A stretch of DNA of 64,000 nucleotides from the human T2T-CHM13v2.0 reference genome, Homo sapiens. The notes under the pieces were generated by a model. It ran no database searches. It had not been told where the DNA came from and saw nothing but the letters and a program-made list of their open reading frames with translations. The position numbers and the translations under genes are program-made. How positions within the stretch are numbered: the first letter of the stretch is position 1; each line of letters starts with the position of its first letter. Below, in pieces: positions 42,003 to 63,574 of the stretch. The stretch lies in the NCBI GenBank assembly GCA_009914755.4, contig CP068257.2:38368001-38432000 (forward strand), given 5' to 3'.

Positions 42003-42076
42003 CTTATATCTAAACTTTTTATTAGCAACAAGTAATATTTACCAAAAGTATTGAGTTGGATGTATTTTAGCAGTAT
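42003..42076 (-). other. Candidate 3' transduction carried by the minus-strand L1 (~74 nt of non-L1 sequence between the L1 A-rich terminus and the final poly(A); contains AATAAA)
   Basis: Reverse complement reads tactgctaaaatacatccaactcaatacttttggtaaatattacttgttgctaataaaaagtttagatataag followed by A12 and then the TSD. It is not L1 consensus 3'UTR sequence. Confidence 0.6.
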
Positions 42077-42297
42077 TTTCTTTTCTTTTTTTCTTTTATT
42101 ATTTTAAGTTTTAGGGTACATGTGCATATTGTGCAGGTTAGTTACATATGTATACATGTGCCATGCTGGTGTGCTGCACCCATTAACTAGTCATCTAGCA
42201 TTAGGTATATCTCCCAGTGCTATCCCTCTCCCCTCCCCCCACCCCACTACAGTCCCCAGAGTGTGATGTTCCCCTTCCTGTGTCCATGTGATCTCAT

Positions 42298-46137
<3,840 letters not shown>

Positions 46138-46185
46138 TTATTTTGCTCGTTAGTTGATGCAGTTTCTTCCTAGTCTTGATGGTCT

Positions 46186-47188
46186 CTACATTTTGGCATG
46201 ATTTTGCAGTGGCTGGTACCGGTTGTTCCTTTCCATGTTTAGTGCTTCCTTCAGGAGCTCTTTTAGGGCAGGCCTGGTAGTGACAAAATCTCTCAGCATT
46301 TGCTTGTCTGTAAAGTATTTTATTTCTCCTTCACTTATGAAGCTTAGTTTGGCTGGATATGAAATTCTGGGTTGAAAATTCTTTTCTTTAAGAATGTTGA
46401 ATATTGGCCCCCACTCTCTTCTGGCTTGTAGGGTTTCTGCCGAGAGATCCACTGTTAGTCTGATGGGCTTCCCTTTGAGGGTAACCCGACCTTTCTCTCT
46501 GGCTGCCCTTAACATTTTTTCCTTCATTTCAACTTTGGTGAATCTGACAATTATGTGTCTTGGAGTTGCTCTTGTCAAGGAATATCTTTGTGGCATTCTC
46601 TGTATTTCCTGAATCTGAACTTTGGCCTGCCTTGCTAGATTGGGGAAGTTCTCCTGGATAATATCCTGCAGAGTGTTTTTCAACTTGGTTCCATTCTCCC
46701 CATCACTTTCAGGTACACCAATCAGACGTAGATTTGGTCTTTTCACATAGTCCCATATTTCTTGGAGGCTTTGCTCATTTCTTTTTATTCTTTTTTCTCT
46801 AAACTTCCCTTCTTGCTTCATTTCATTCATTTCATCTTCCATCACTGATACCCTTTCTTCCAGTTGATCGCATCGGCTCCTGAGGCTTCTGCATTCTTCA
46901 CGTAGTTCTCGAGCCTTGGTTTTCAGCTCCATCAGCTCCTTTAAGCACTTCTGTGTATTAGTTATTCTAGTTATACATTCTTCTAAATTTTTTTCAAAGT
47001 TTTCAACATCTTTGCCTTTGGTTTGAATGTCCTCCTGTAGCTCAGAGTAATTTGATCGTCTGAAGCCTTCTTCTCTCAGCTCGTCATAGTCATTCTCTGT
47101 CCAGCTTTGTTCCGTTGCTGGTGAGGAACTGCATTCCTTTGGCAGAGGAGAGGCGCTCTGCTTTTTAGAGTTTCCAGTTTTTCCCCAT
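46186..47188 (-). pseudogene. L1 ORF1 (ORF1p) with a frameshift directly after the canonical ATG (14-nt deletion). The canonical AUG yields MGKNWKL-stop; the long frame is open but has no ATG until the M91-equivalent (MELKTK...).
   Basis: rc of 47186..47188 is the ATG in ccacaaagATGGGGAAAAACTGGAAACTCTAAAAAG. ORF track 46186..46932 gives a 248-aa L1 ORF1p C-terminal portion (RRM/CTD region recognisable). Confidence 0.9.
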
Positions 47189-48099
47189 CTTTGTGGTTTT
47201 ATCTACTTTTGGTCTTTGATGATGGTGATGTACAGATGGGTTTTTGGTGTGGATGTCCTTTCTGTTTGTTAGTTTTCCTTCTAACAGACAGGACCCTCAG
47301 CTGCAGGTCTGTTGGAGTACCCTGCCCTGTGAGGTGTCAGTCTGCCCCTGCTGGGGGGTGCCTCCCAGTTAGGCTGCTCGGGGGTCCGGGGTCAGGGACC
47401 CACTTGAGGAGGCAGTCTGCCCTTCTCAGATGTCCAGCTGCGTACTGGGAGGACCACTGCTCTCTTCAAAGCTGTCAGACAGGGACATTTGAGTCTGCAG
47501 AGGTTACTGCTGTCTTTTTGTTTGTCTGTGCCCTGCCCCTAGAGGTGGAGCCTACAGAGGCAGGCAGGCAGGCCTCCTTGAGCTGTGGTGGGCTCCACCC
47601 AGTTCGAGCTTCCTGGCTGCTTTGTTTATCTAAGGAAGCCTGGGCAATGGGGGGCCCCCCTCCCCCAGCCTCACTGCCGCCTTGCAGTTTGATCTCAGAC
47701 TGCTGTGCTAGCAATCAGCAAGACTCAGTGGGTGTGGGACCCTCCAAGCCAGGTGCGGGATATAGTCTCGTGGTGCGCCGTGTTTTAAGCTCGTCAGAAA
47801 AGCGCAGTATTCGGGTGGGAGTGACCCGATTTTCCAGGTGCCGTCCGTCACCCCTTTCTTTGACTAGGAAAGGGAACTCCCTGACCCCTGTGCTTCCCGA
47901 GTGATGCAATGCCTCGCCCTGCTTCGGCTCGCGCATGGTGTGCACACCCACTGACCTGCGCCCACTGTCTGGCACTCCCTAGTGAGATGAACCCGGTACC
48001 TCAGATGGAAATGCCGAAATCACCCGTCTTCTGCGTCGCTCAGGCTGGGAGCTGTAGACGGGAGCTGTTCCTATTCGGCCATCTTGGCTCCTCCCCCCC

Positions 48100-48114
48100 A
48101 GGCACAATACTTTC
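48100..48114. repeat. Target-site duplication (right) of minus-strand L1: AGGCACAATACTTTC
   Basis: See left TSD at 41977..41991. Confidence 0.85.
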
Positions 48115-49595
48115 TAAAGGCACCTTGAAGCCTAAAAGAGCCCTTCTTATACTCTGAGGTATCTCACCACTGAAACTGGTTACATACATCTGTATTGGGA
48201 ATTAATGGATAAGGGTGGAACAAATGAAATGCATTTCTGGGGGCCAGATATTCCAAAGCAGTTTGGGGTAGCCTTCTTCCTCCTCCTCTGCAATGCTTTG
48301 TTAGTTGGAGGCTGTAAACATGCCGATGCTTTCCCAAATTTGTGGGAATGAATGTGAATCACAGTTTTTGGGGCTTCAATCTCCTCTGCGGACACATAAA
48401 AAGGAACTTTCATCAATTTCTAACAAGGTTTGAGATCTATGCCTGGATAGAGCTGGATATTGATGCAAAAGTAAGAAGCAAAAGATGATTTCCTTGAGTT
48501 CCAGCAATTTCAATAAAAAACACAGAGACCAGACTTGCAACAACACTATAGTGTCAAAGAGCTGGTTCCCAAAGGGGAGCATAGAGTCCACCCATACCAG
48601 AGACAGACGAGATCTAACACTTTTTGAGTTTAATATTAATGTTGCAGCATGGTAATGAAAACTAGTAAAAGAATCTCTCTTGGTAAATGAATCTTCACTC
48701 CCAAACGGCAAGCAGGAAAAACCCTAAATAAATAATGTGAGATTGATATCAGAGGCCCATGTGCAGGGACTCGATTACAATTCTTGGCTTGTACTCAGGG
48801 GCCCTCATGCATTTTTTAAGAGCTCATCAATATTGTGATCCTTCTGCTTGCTGGTGAACTTTAAAAACTACACCGAGGTATAAAAGTAGGGCTTTGACTT
48901 TGTTGAGGCTTATGATTCTTCTCAAATAAAGTAGATCTGAATAAAAGACGGATTGGAAAATCTTCCCTGGCCTTTAGGCAAGCACAGAACTTAGCAGTGG
49001 TTTTGGAGCACCCACTATGGAACGATCCATGAGATCCAAAGATGGATACAGTTCCCACACAACAGCCACAAGGAACCACACATTGGGGACCACCTGAAGC
49101 AGAACCCTAGCTGGGGGCTTGGCCTTGTTCTGCCATGAAGCTGACAGAGCTGTTTCTACAACAATGTGCATCTTGAATCATCCCACAGAAGGAGCTGAGT
49201 TAGGCTGGAAATGAGAGAATTCCAGACAGAGGGAAGGTATATTTGTGGAGTTGTAGGAGGCCAGAAAGTTGAAGGCTGGAGACTAGGGGCAAGGTTGGAG
49301 GCTGGAGACCAGGGGTCAAGGCAAGGAAGACAAGGCTGACCCCTCAGACGCTAGTAAGTCTCTACTGTGAGAGCAGCAGGAAGCCATGGAAGGGGGTTAA
49401 ACAGAGGAAGGTTGACTCTTACTGGAAATGATGGCTTGTCTCCCATTTCTGGTTTGGGATACAGGATGCCTTAGGCCCTGGTGCCAGCAGAGTGTACAGG
49501 AGGCCACATTGGAAGACGATGGTCTTTGCTGTCTTCTTACCTTTCTGTATGCTCCCTGGGCCTTCGTGTGGCTTTAGCTTCTCACAAGGCCTCAC

Positions 49596-49636
49596 TGGGC
49601 TGTGTATGTGTGTGCGTGTTTGTGTGTGTAGGTGGT
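49596..49636. repeat. Imperfect (TG)n
   Basis: tgtgtatgtgtgtgcgtgtttgtgtgtgtag. Confidence 0.8.
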
Positions 49637-51112
49637 GACTGACCATCTTCTATGAGCTGGGCTTTGTATTATTTCTTGACCTTCTCAAGATTTGCCTGTC
49701 TCATGTCTTCAGAACCCATTGCCTGCAGTCTTTGATACACACTATTCTGATAAATGAATGAGACTGTGAGGAGTGTTAATTTAAGATATTAACCCTTTTA
49801 TGTGTTAGGGTAATACCCAGTGTCTTTTTACTCAGGAGATATTCAATCAGTAGGGATTCAATACACGAGTGTCGTATATTTGTGTTTTAACCGGGTCTGT
49901 CTGAGATGCAGTGAACGTTCAGTTAGCCTGGGCAGCCTTCTTTCTTGTCATCTGTAGAGCTGGAATCTGGGAGCTTCCTTCTGGTCACTCAGCAGGGACA
50001 AAGAGGCCTCTACCCCCACATCACTGTTCTCTAAGGTACATGCCTCCCCCATCACTTTCCACCTCTCGAGGAACTGGCACAGCCCAGGATTTCGCAATGA
50101 TTAGAACTGAACCCCAATAAGCTACCCAAGAAAAACAGTGAGCCTTTTAAGGGGCTCAGAAGTCAGACAAGAGAATCAGAACACAGGGAATACATGTTCT
50201 GGAACAAGAGGACACAAACACCAGCTTAGCAACTGCAGCAAGTACAGTGAACCAGCCAGACCACTGGACAAGGTCAGAGGTACAGGGGATGGCCTCTTGA
50301 ACACAGTGGCAGGAGGATGGTTGCAGGGTAGTGGCTGCAGAAGACCCCATGTACATACATGCTAAGCTTTTATTTCAGGCAAAGGGCTTAGAGTTCTAAG
50401 CTTGAGAACCCCTCAGAACAGGTCCTACTGTCACTTTCTGAGTCTGAGGGAGAGTTACTAAGAAGACACTGAAATTCTATAAGAGCCCTTAAGAAGCTAA
50501 AATTGCAAATACTCCTCAGAGAGACCTGGATTTCCAGCAGAAATCAGGATTAGCACATGCCAATATTTAGGTCGACATCGAGTGGGCGTGAACAGCAGTA
50601 TGTGGAGGCTTTGTTGGATGGCCCCAGGGTTCTTTTAACCTAAAATTCTATGGGAGTGTTTGAAGGGTCGTAGTTCAGAGGGAACTCTTGATCCCTGTTG
50701 TGAACGCCAAGCTCATTCCTATCTCCTGGCCTTTATCTTTGCTCAGCTCTCTGGACCACCAGAAGGATCTTTGCAGGGCTCCTTCCATCCCATCATTTAC
50801 GTCTCATTGCCTGAGAGGCCTTTCCGGGCCATTCTTTCCAAAATACTCCCCTCCCACGTTTTATCCCCTTCCTGGATTTGCTTCTCCACCCAGCACTCAC
50901 CACAGTCGGGAACGATACTATTTGTTTGTTTACTTGATCAGTGGGGATCTCTGTGGGTCTTGTCTATCAATCACTGCATCCTCAGTTCCCAAAACAGGAC
51001 CAGTCATTTAGTGTCCACTCAACACACGCATGGCAAAAAAAGACAGAGGAGCAGGGAGGCTGAGAGGGAGGGAGCAAGCCTTCCTCTAGAAGGGTGGAAC
51101 GCAGAGCAGTGC

Positions 51113-51290
51113 AGTGAGAATGTGTGTGTGCCTGTGTGTATCCATGCATGGGAGCATGTGCTTATGTATCCACGTACATGTGCATGTGTGTCAACATATA
51201 TGTGTCCATGCATGTGTACTTGTGTGTGAATGTGTATGTGTGCACGCATGTGTGTGCGCAAGCACACGTGTAGGCATCAAAGAGACTTGC
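51113..51290. repeat. TG/CATG-rich degenerate low-complexity tract
   Basis: gtgtgtgtgcctgtgtgtatccatgcatgggagcatgtgcttatgtatccacgtacatgtgcatgtgtgtc...gtgcacgcatgtgtgtgcgcaagcacacgtg. Confidence 0.85.
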
Positions 51291-52419
51291 ATTTGAAAGG
51301 AGACCCTTAGTATAATATTTATGATAAACATTTCAAAACTGAGTTTTAGTGATGTGCAGAACAGAGGAGGAAGATGCAAGCCCCGAGGCTTGGCACCCCA
51401 GCTGCCTGAGCCAAGTCCTCAGGCAGTGAGGGAGATATAGGTAAGTGAAGCTGGGGGTGGGGGTTATTTAGCTCTGAAGATTGGACTGCTGGTGTCTTGT
51501 TTTGATTTCAGAGCCAACATGACAGATACCCAGACTTCAGAGAGGGAAAACAGCATGGTCAAAATGACAACTGAGAATACGGTGGCCAGCCTTGGTCAGA
51601 ATAGTGCTGACCTGTGCAGAGGTAGGCTCTTTCTTCAGGTAAGGGCTCCTGGCCTCTCTGCATGCCTTGGGGCCCGCCTCCTACTCTCCACCCTCACACC
51701 CTCAGGAGAGAGTGATGCAAGATGAATGGATCCTAAAATTAAAATCCAGTAACTCTTTCGAATTACTGGCAATTTAGTGAATTAACAAGTTGGCACCAGG
51801 CAGTGGCCTTTTCCCACTAAAAAAAAAAAAAACAACCTCAAATGCATTCCCCAAGGAAGGGGCTGAAACTCATAACCTTGTGTCTGGGGCCCAGAGGGCA
51901 TGAGCACAGAGATCCAAAGGGGCTGATGCTTTCCCTACCACTAGTGGGGCAGGCTGTGTTAGGGTGCATGTCTGAAACTTGAAACTGAATTAAGTAGCTT
52001 CATGTAATGGCTTCTCTTGACGGCACAGGATAAACATCATAAGAAGAAGAAGCAGTAATCCAAGAAGGTTTGCAACTGGCTCAAAATGCTACCTGAAACC
52101 AAGAATGGGTACTGTAATCAAAGAATTGGAAGCCACCTTGACCCAGAGGAAAAAAAATTGTTAAACTTTGCAGCTATTTCTCAAAAGAATAGAGAATTTT
52201 GTTTTCTGTTTGTAGAGATGGGAATAGTCATCCCTTATGGAAGAAGACAATAATTTGCTGCATTTTTAGGACTTGTAATTGTACAGGCAAATTCAAAATT
52301 CAGGTAGCATTAAAATTACAGCTAGATAATGCTGCCTGCTTTGTGGATAGCTATCCTCATTTCAAGGGAGAGCACCCCTTTATCTGTTGAAGAGATGTCT
52401 TTTTGATTTGCTAAGGGCA

Positions 52420-52435
52420 AGAATGGAAAATAAGT
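52420..52435. repeat. Target-site duplication (left) of plus-strand L1: AGAATGGAAAATAAGT
   Basis: Identical 16-mer at 58551..58566, immediately after the terminal poly(A). Confidence 0.88.
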
Positions 52436-53295
52436 GCGAATAGGAACAGCTCCGGTCTGCAGCTCCCAGCGTGAGCGACGCAGAAGACGGGTGATCTCGG
52501 CATTTCCATCTGAGGTACCGGGTTCATCTCACTAGGGAGTGCCAGACAGTGGGTGCGCACACTGTGCGTGAGCCGAAGCAGAGCGAGGCATTGCCTCACT
52601 CGGGAAGCACAAAGGGTCAGGGAGTTCCCTTTCCTAGTCAAAGAAAGGGGTGACGGACGGCACCTGGAAAATCGGGTCACTCCCACCCGAATACTGTGCT
52701 TTTCTGACGGGCTTAAAACATGGCGCACCACGAGATTATATCCCGCACCTGGCTTGGAGGGTCCTACGCCCATGGAGTCTCGCTGATTGCTAGCAGAGCA
52801 GTCTGAGATCAAACTGCAAGGTGGCAGCCAGGCTGGGGGAGGGGGGCCCGCCATTGCCCAGGCTTGCTTAGGTAAACAAAGCAGCCTGGAAGCTCGAACT
52901 GGGTGGAGCCCACCACAGCTCAAGGAGGCCTGCCTGCCTGCCTCTGTAGGCTGCACAGACAAACAAAAAGACAGCAGTAACCTCTGCAGACTCAAATGTC
53001 CCTGTCTGACAGCTTTGAAGAGAGCAGTGGTCCTCCCAGTACGCAGCTGGACATCTGAGAAGGGCAGACTGCCTCCTCAAGTGGGTCCCTGACCCCGGAC
53101 CCCCGAGCAGCCTAACTGGGAGGCACCCCCCAGCAGGGGCAGACTGACACCTCACAGGGCAGGGTACTCCAACAGACCTGCAGCTGAGGGTCCTGTCTGT
53201 TAGAAGGAAAACTAACAAACAGAAAGGACATCCACACCAAAAACCCATCTGTACATCACCATCATCAAAGACCAAAAGTAGATAAAACCACAAAG

Positions 53296-54298
53296 ATGGG
53301 GAAAAACTGGAAACTCTAAAAAGCAGAGCGCCTCTCCTCTGCCAAAGGAATGCAGTTCCTCACCAGCAACGGAACAAAGCTGGACAGAGAATGACTATGA
53401 CGAGCTGAGAGAAGAAGGCTTCAGACGATCAAATTACTCTGAGCTACAGGAGGACATTCAAACCAAAGGCAAAGATGTTGAAAACTTTGAAAAAAATTTA
53501 GAAGAATGTATAACTAGAATAACTAATACACAGAAGTGCTTAAAGGAGCTGATGGAGCTGAAAACCAAGGCTCGAGAACTACGTGAAGAATGCAGAAGCC
53601 TCAGGAGCCGATGCGATCAACTGGAAGAAAGGGTATCAGTGATGGAAGATGAAATGAATGAAATGAAGCAAGAAGGGAAGTTTAGAGAAAAAAGAATAAA
53701 AAGAAATGAGCAAAGCCTCCAAGAAATATGGGACTATGTGAAAAGACCAAATCTACGTCTGATTGGTGTACCTGAAAGTGATGGGGAGAATGGAACCAAG
53801 TTGAAAAACACTCTGCAGGATATTATCCAGGAGAACTTCCCCAATCTAGCAAGGCAGGCCAAAGTTCAGATTCAGGAAATACAGAGAATGCCACAAAGAT
53901 ATTCCTTGACAAGAGCAACTCCAAGACACATAATTGTCAGATTCACCAAAGTTGAAATGAAGGAAAAAATGTTAAGGGCAGCCAGAGAGAAAGGTCGGGT
54001 TACCCTCAAAGGGAAGCCCATCAGACTAACAGTGGATCTCTCGGCAGAAACCCTACAAGCCAGAAGAGAGTGGGGGCCAATATTCAACATTCTTAAAGAA
54101 AAGAATTTTCAACCCAGAATTTCATATCCAGCCAAACTAAGCTTCATAAGTGAAGGAGAAATAAAATACTTTACAGACAAGCAAATGCTGAGAGATTTTG
54201 TCACTACCAGGCCTGCCCTAAAAGAGCTCCTGAAGGAAGCACTAAACATGGAAAGGAACAACCGGTACCAGCCACTGCAAAATCATGCCAAAATGTAG
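53296..54298 (+). pseudogene. L1 ORF1, with the same 14-nt deletion/frameshift after the ATG as the minus-strand copy. The ORF1 region is nucleotide-identical to the other copy.
   Basis: ATGGGGAAAAACTGGAAACTCTAA at 53296. Downstream frame is open from 53282 but has no ATG until 53552 (MELKTK...). The 248-aa product is identical to the minus-copy product. Confidence 0.9.
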
Positions 54299-54361
54299 AG
54301 ACCATCAAGACTAGGAAGAAACTGCATCAACTAACGAGCAAAATAACCAGCTAACATCATA

Positions 54362-58196
<3,835 letters not shown>

Positions 58197-58420
58197 ATGA
58201 GATCACATGGACACAGGAAGGGGAACATCACACTCTGGGGACTGTAGTGGGGTGGGGGGAGGGGGGAGGGATAGCACTGGGAGATATACCTAATGCTAGA
58301 TGACCAGTTAGTGGGTGCAGCGCACCAGAATGGCACATGTATACATATGTAACTAACCTGCACAATATGCACATGTACCCTGAAACTTAAAGTATAATAA
58401 TAAAGAAAAGAAAAGAAAAA

Positions 58421-58539
58421 GAATATGAACTAAGAAAAACTAAAGTCTAACAGGGGAAACGTGTCAGAAAAAAATACCAATGTAGGTTTTTGAATATGTG
58501 AAGGAAAAACTGATTAAATTATGCAGATGAAATAAAAAT
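58421..58539 (+). other. Candidate 3' transduction carried by the plus-strand L1 (~119 nt non-L1 sequence, ends ...gaaataaaaatc + A11)
   Basis: The sequence gaatatgaactaagaaaaactaaagtctaacaggggaaacgtgtcag...tgattaaattatgcagatgaaataaaaatc lies between the L1 A-rich terminus and the poly(A)+TSD. It is unrelated to the other copy's transduced segment. Confidence 0.6.
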
Positions 58540-58550
58540 CAAAAAAAAAA

Positions 58551-58566
58551 AGAATGGAAAATAAGT
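58551..58566. repeat. Target-site duplication (right) of plus-strand L1: AGAATGGAAAATAAGT
   Basis: See 52420..52435. Confidence 0.88.
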
Positions 58567-61500
58567 CACTTTGATTAAAGCTACTGAAAGTTGGAGTAGA
58601 TTTAAATGTCCTTTTGTATTTATTTGACTATAATTTCTATTAATTGAAATATTTTAACCAATTTAACCAGTTGGTTTTGTTGTCACAAGCATGATATATT
58701 CATTCATACAGTAAGGTTTATGAAGCATCTACTAATGTGCCAGACACAGTCTGGCCATATATGTGTATATTATAAACACACACAGGAGATATATATATTT
58801 ATGTATAGAGAGAGAGTTTTAAGTATGTAGTATTGAGTATTCAATACTATTAATTCATTTAAAAATAATTCTTGCATGATAACTACTTGGCTATCAGGTA
58901 TCTGCTAGACCTTGAGAAGGAAGTATGAAGATAACTAAGACATATTTCCTATTTTTCTGAAGCCACAGTCTGGCCAAATTCATGTAACTTGATGGCAATT
59001 TGCAGAGAATTTCAAAGTCTGGGGATCATAACTATTTGTACTGAAGACAGAAAAAATAAAAAGGGAAAGAGAAAAAAAGGACCATCAGAAAAGAAGCTCT
59101 AAAGTTGAGGAGGAAGAAATTGAGAGATTTGGAAGACTATAAACAGAAACAGACATGACGAATATCATCTAGCGTGAAGAGGGCATATAGGGAAAGAATG
59201 TGATGTAAAAGCACAGCTCTAGGAGCTGCTAATTGTATCACAAGCTCTAGTTAGCAGAATAGTAAACTGCAACCTTGTATTTTGTGCCCAATGTTGAATT
59301 TAGTTGAATTATAAAGGAGCGACGGAAAGGTTTCCAAAGGCTGAAATATTTTCTAAAGCATATCAGATGTTCAGTAATAATGCAGTCATCTAGGGTAGAC
59401 AAAACAAAGTTTGTGGACATTTGAACTTGCATTGATTTAAGAGATTATTCAAACCTATATTTATAAAATCATTTTACTCTGAATAGTCTATGAAGACAAT
59501 AGTAACTTAGCTATGATCTTCCATTGCTCTAATGGGTCCAGGTCACAATATCATGAGCAAAGGTCAAATTTTTAAGAAACAATCCAACAATATGAGCAGC
59601 GTGCCATCAAAAACAAGCTTCAACCCTGTAATTATGTAAAGGCCTGCACAAATAGGACAGTCTTTTAACCTAGAAGCTCATTCTGTGCCCTAAATCACAC
59701 ACAAAGGGAAAATGACGGCATGCTATCTCAGGTGGAAACATAAAGTACTTAACTGGGTGACACACAATTGAGGTGGGTACCTGCTAGGACTTCAGTGGTC
59801 ACTGGAGAAAAATAAAAGCAAGAAGGAAGAGGAGGTCAGCAGTACAGCTGGAGTCACAGTGGGGATTCTAGCAACCCAGTGCCAGAAACAATGGCTAACA
59901 TGGCTGAGTGCCTCCTCTGCTGACCCCTTCACCTGTATAATGCTATGTGCATCTAACAGAAGCCCAGTACACAGTCACCAACGCCATTCCCATTTTACAG
60001 ATGCAGGAACTGAAGCTGAGAACGCCTATACAACATGCCCACAGGCTTATGGTCTTCTCTCCAGTCCTCCTCACCTTCAGGCTGAAGAGCTGCAGAAAGT
60101 CATGGCATTTATCCTGCATTTTTCTCCATTTGCCTTGCAAATAAATGCCAACAACACGAAAAAAAAAATAGTTGAAATAAAAACACCCACAAATAACAGC
60201 TTGTCTTTTCCCCTAAGGAGGTAGACAGAATGAAAATAAAGGAAGCCATCATTCTTTATTGGATGCTGGCATGAATCTTGAGCTGGTATGGAAGATTATT
60301 TGCTGGATAAACTATTCTTATTTTATATATTTTTATGCATTTATAAAGCTCATTTCAGCTAGGCCTTGTCCCATAAAACCCAAGGGAATTGTAGTAATTC
60401 AAAAGTGAAGATACTTTTTGAAATGGAACTAGAACAGTGGTGTAGAAAATGGGTAAAATGAGAAACAAAACTGGATTCAATAAGATTGGATAGATCAGTC
60501 TGTGAAGGAAAGTCTACAGGCAACTATTTCAGGGTGAAAAAGAAAAAGTGGTTCTTCAGATGAGAACTACACTTGGCTGCCATAGGTTGGATTCCACCTA
60601 AAGATGGGTTTTATTTGCCCTGTACAATGGTTTACAAATATCCAAGCCAACACTAAAAAGCTGTGAATTTCCATATAAAACCAAGTTTTCCGGCTTCTCT
60701 TAAAACACAAGTCCATACTAAGACCCCATTTCCACTTGCGATCAGTTGGCAGGGCCTTGCTAGAGTCTTTTCTTTTAGACAGTAGTGAACCCTGAAATGG
60801 CCCATGTCCGCCTCGCTCCTTTGACCCTGTTCTCTAGCCTCTGCATTCTATTATCTGCCATGCCTTGCTGACCTCAAAATTTGCAGCTTTCACAACCCGG
60901 ACGATTCACAGGTGTTCAAGTTGAAGACCAAACTGCTGGCTGACTTAATGTTAGCCAGTTACCATCACCTTGTGTAATTCAGTGAGGCCAAGTCCCAAAC
61001 ACTGACTATATAGTAAGACCTCTCCCCTTTCAGAAGCCCTCAGTGTGGCAGTTTTAAAATACAGCCCTCACATTTTTGACAGTCTTCTCATCAAGCAGTG
61101 GGGGCCTCTTTCTCTGGAATCAGGGTTTCTTGGGCTCTGTGACTGCTTGCCCAATAGAATATGACAGAAATGATAGCTGTGTCAGTTTCCAGGCCCAACC
61201 TAAGGAAACTGGCTATTTCCACAGACTGTATCTTGGACCATTTGCTGCTAGAACCCAGCCACCATGCTGTGAGGAAGCTAAAGCACCTTGTGGAGAGGCC
61301 AGCACAGGGAGAACACAGCCAGGTCGGTGAGCCACTTTGGAAGTGGATCCCCAGCCCCAGGAGAGCCTCTGCAGCATGGTACCCTCACTAGGTCCCGCCC
61401 AAATTTCAGATTCATAAACAAAGTAAGTGACTGCTGTAGTTTTAATCCAGTGAACTTTGGGATGGTTTGTTATGCAGCCATCCATAAACAGAGCACCCAT

Positions 61501-61594
61501 TTGGTCTGAACACTGAGAAGGGCTTTCACAGCAGATGAGGGAGGACCAGGAAGGTGCACTTCCCTAAGCGACGGCCCCCAGGTGGCCTTGCTCA

Positions 61595-61936
<342 letters not shown>

Positions 61937-63298
61937 TCACCATCAGAAGTCTGAACCAACGGCATGGCCCTTCCTGGCTTGGGGCTGTTTTCTTCCAGAT
62001 CATGGTGGGACCTGGTAGGAGTTCTGGCTCCTTGGCGGAGGCTCCTGCCTTAGGCACTCTGAGGCCAGCTTCACAAGTCTCAGCAGATCCGGTTAAGGGA
62101 AGCTTTGTTGCAACCAAATTGCTGTAGTCAGATGTCCCAGCTTGGGACATTTCCATAAATAAATAACGCCTTCCCTTTAAAAAAAATCCTGCTTTTAGTG
62201 AAAACAGTAGGAGCCAGGCAGCAGCCCCCTCTCTGCTCCAACCTGCAAATGGATCTATGCCCTAGAGACTCTTTAATTGGCATGAATGATTTGAGCTGCA
62301 GTTCAGCTTCTGGGGCCTCAGCTCAGGAAGGAAGATGTGATGATATTTAGAAATAAAGATGTCATGTTGCACGGAAATTGGCCACAAGCCAGAATGGCCC
62401 CCGACCCCTGGGATGCGTCTTCTGTTGTGATTACCCTTTATGGGGACTAGAAAACCATCAGGACAAAAACTGGTGCCCACATGCCTTTGAGCTGGGCCAC
62501 GCCATCTTGGTCAGGGAGATGTCTGCGTTTCAAATGCACTAAAAAGTTTTAGGGTCTCCTCTGTGTGGAACTCTGAGACTCTTCTAAGAGAAATCACAGC
62601 CTTAAAAATAAATTCACATGGCGACGATCCTCCTCTGGAACACTGTTTTTGAAGTATATCATCAAGAACAAAAGAAAAATGAGTATTAAAATTTCCTACA
62701 GCTATTAGATTCAGATGTAATTTCTTTTCAAAATTTAAGAGGGGGTGGTGGGCAACCCGGTGCTATTCTTAGGGCCTGTCTTCTCTCTGAAGTGAAAACT
62801 TGGTGGTTGATGGCATAGACTGGATGACTTACCTTATAACCAACCCCTGTTTAATTGTCAAACGGATCAGCCTGTGTTCCCTATAGAGGGTGCTATGACC
62901 TCATCATGTAACTTCAAGTGCTGTGTCTTAATCTTGGAGATGGTAATGGGTCAGACGCCCTCAGAGTGTAATCAGCAATTACTGCAATCACGGGGGTGAA
63001 AATTTAAAAATGTCTCTATTTCTCCCAGTGGGGTAGGAACTAAATGGAGAAATAAGCTTGGGTCTAAGATTCAGGACACCTGCAGAATAGATGCAGTTTG
63101 GCTCTGTTTTGCCCTGTGTGGAGTAAAGGCTGTGCAGTTGTATTAGTAACTGTTAGATAAACCGCGTAACAATTTGAAAGTGACCTTCAAAAGAACATAA
63201 GTAAGAGGGAGGAAGCCCTCTCTCCCCTCCCCAAGGAGCCCATGAAGCTCAAGGTGCGGGGGCCGTGCTGGTCCCCAGGGACGGAGGAGGCAGCGTCA

Positions 63299-63574
<276 letters not shown>

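Noticed and set aside
47191-47904. 237-aa ORF antisense to the minus-copy L1 5'UTR (and the matching 52411..53293 ORFs)
   Set aside because: It lies wholly within the GC-rich L1 5'UTR, where long antisense open frames are common. It overlaps the position of the known short L1 ORF0 but is far longer than ORF0 and differs between the two copies because of indels. It is not a conserved coding gene.
58690-58760. MIR-like core (aagcatctactaatgtgccagacacagtctggcc)
   Set aside because: The match to the MIR core is short and degenerate, too weak to annotate as a feature.
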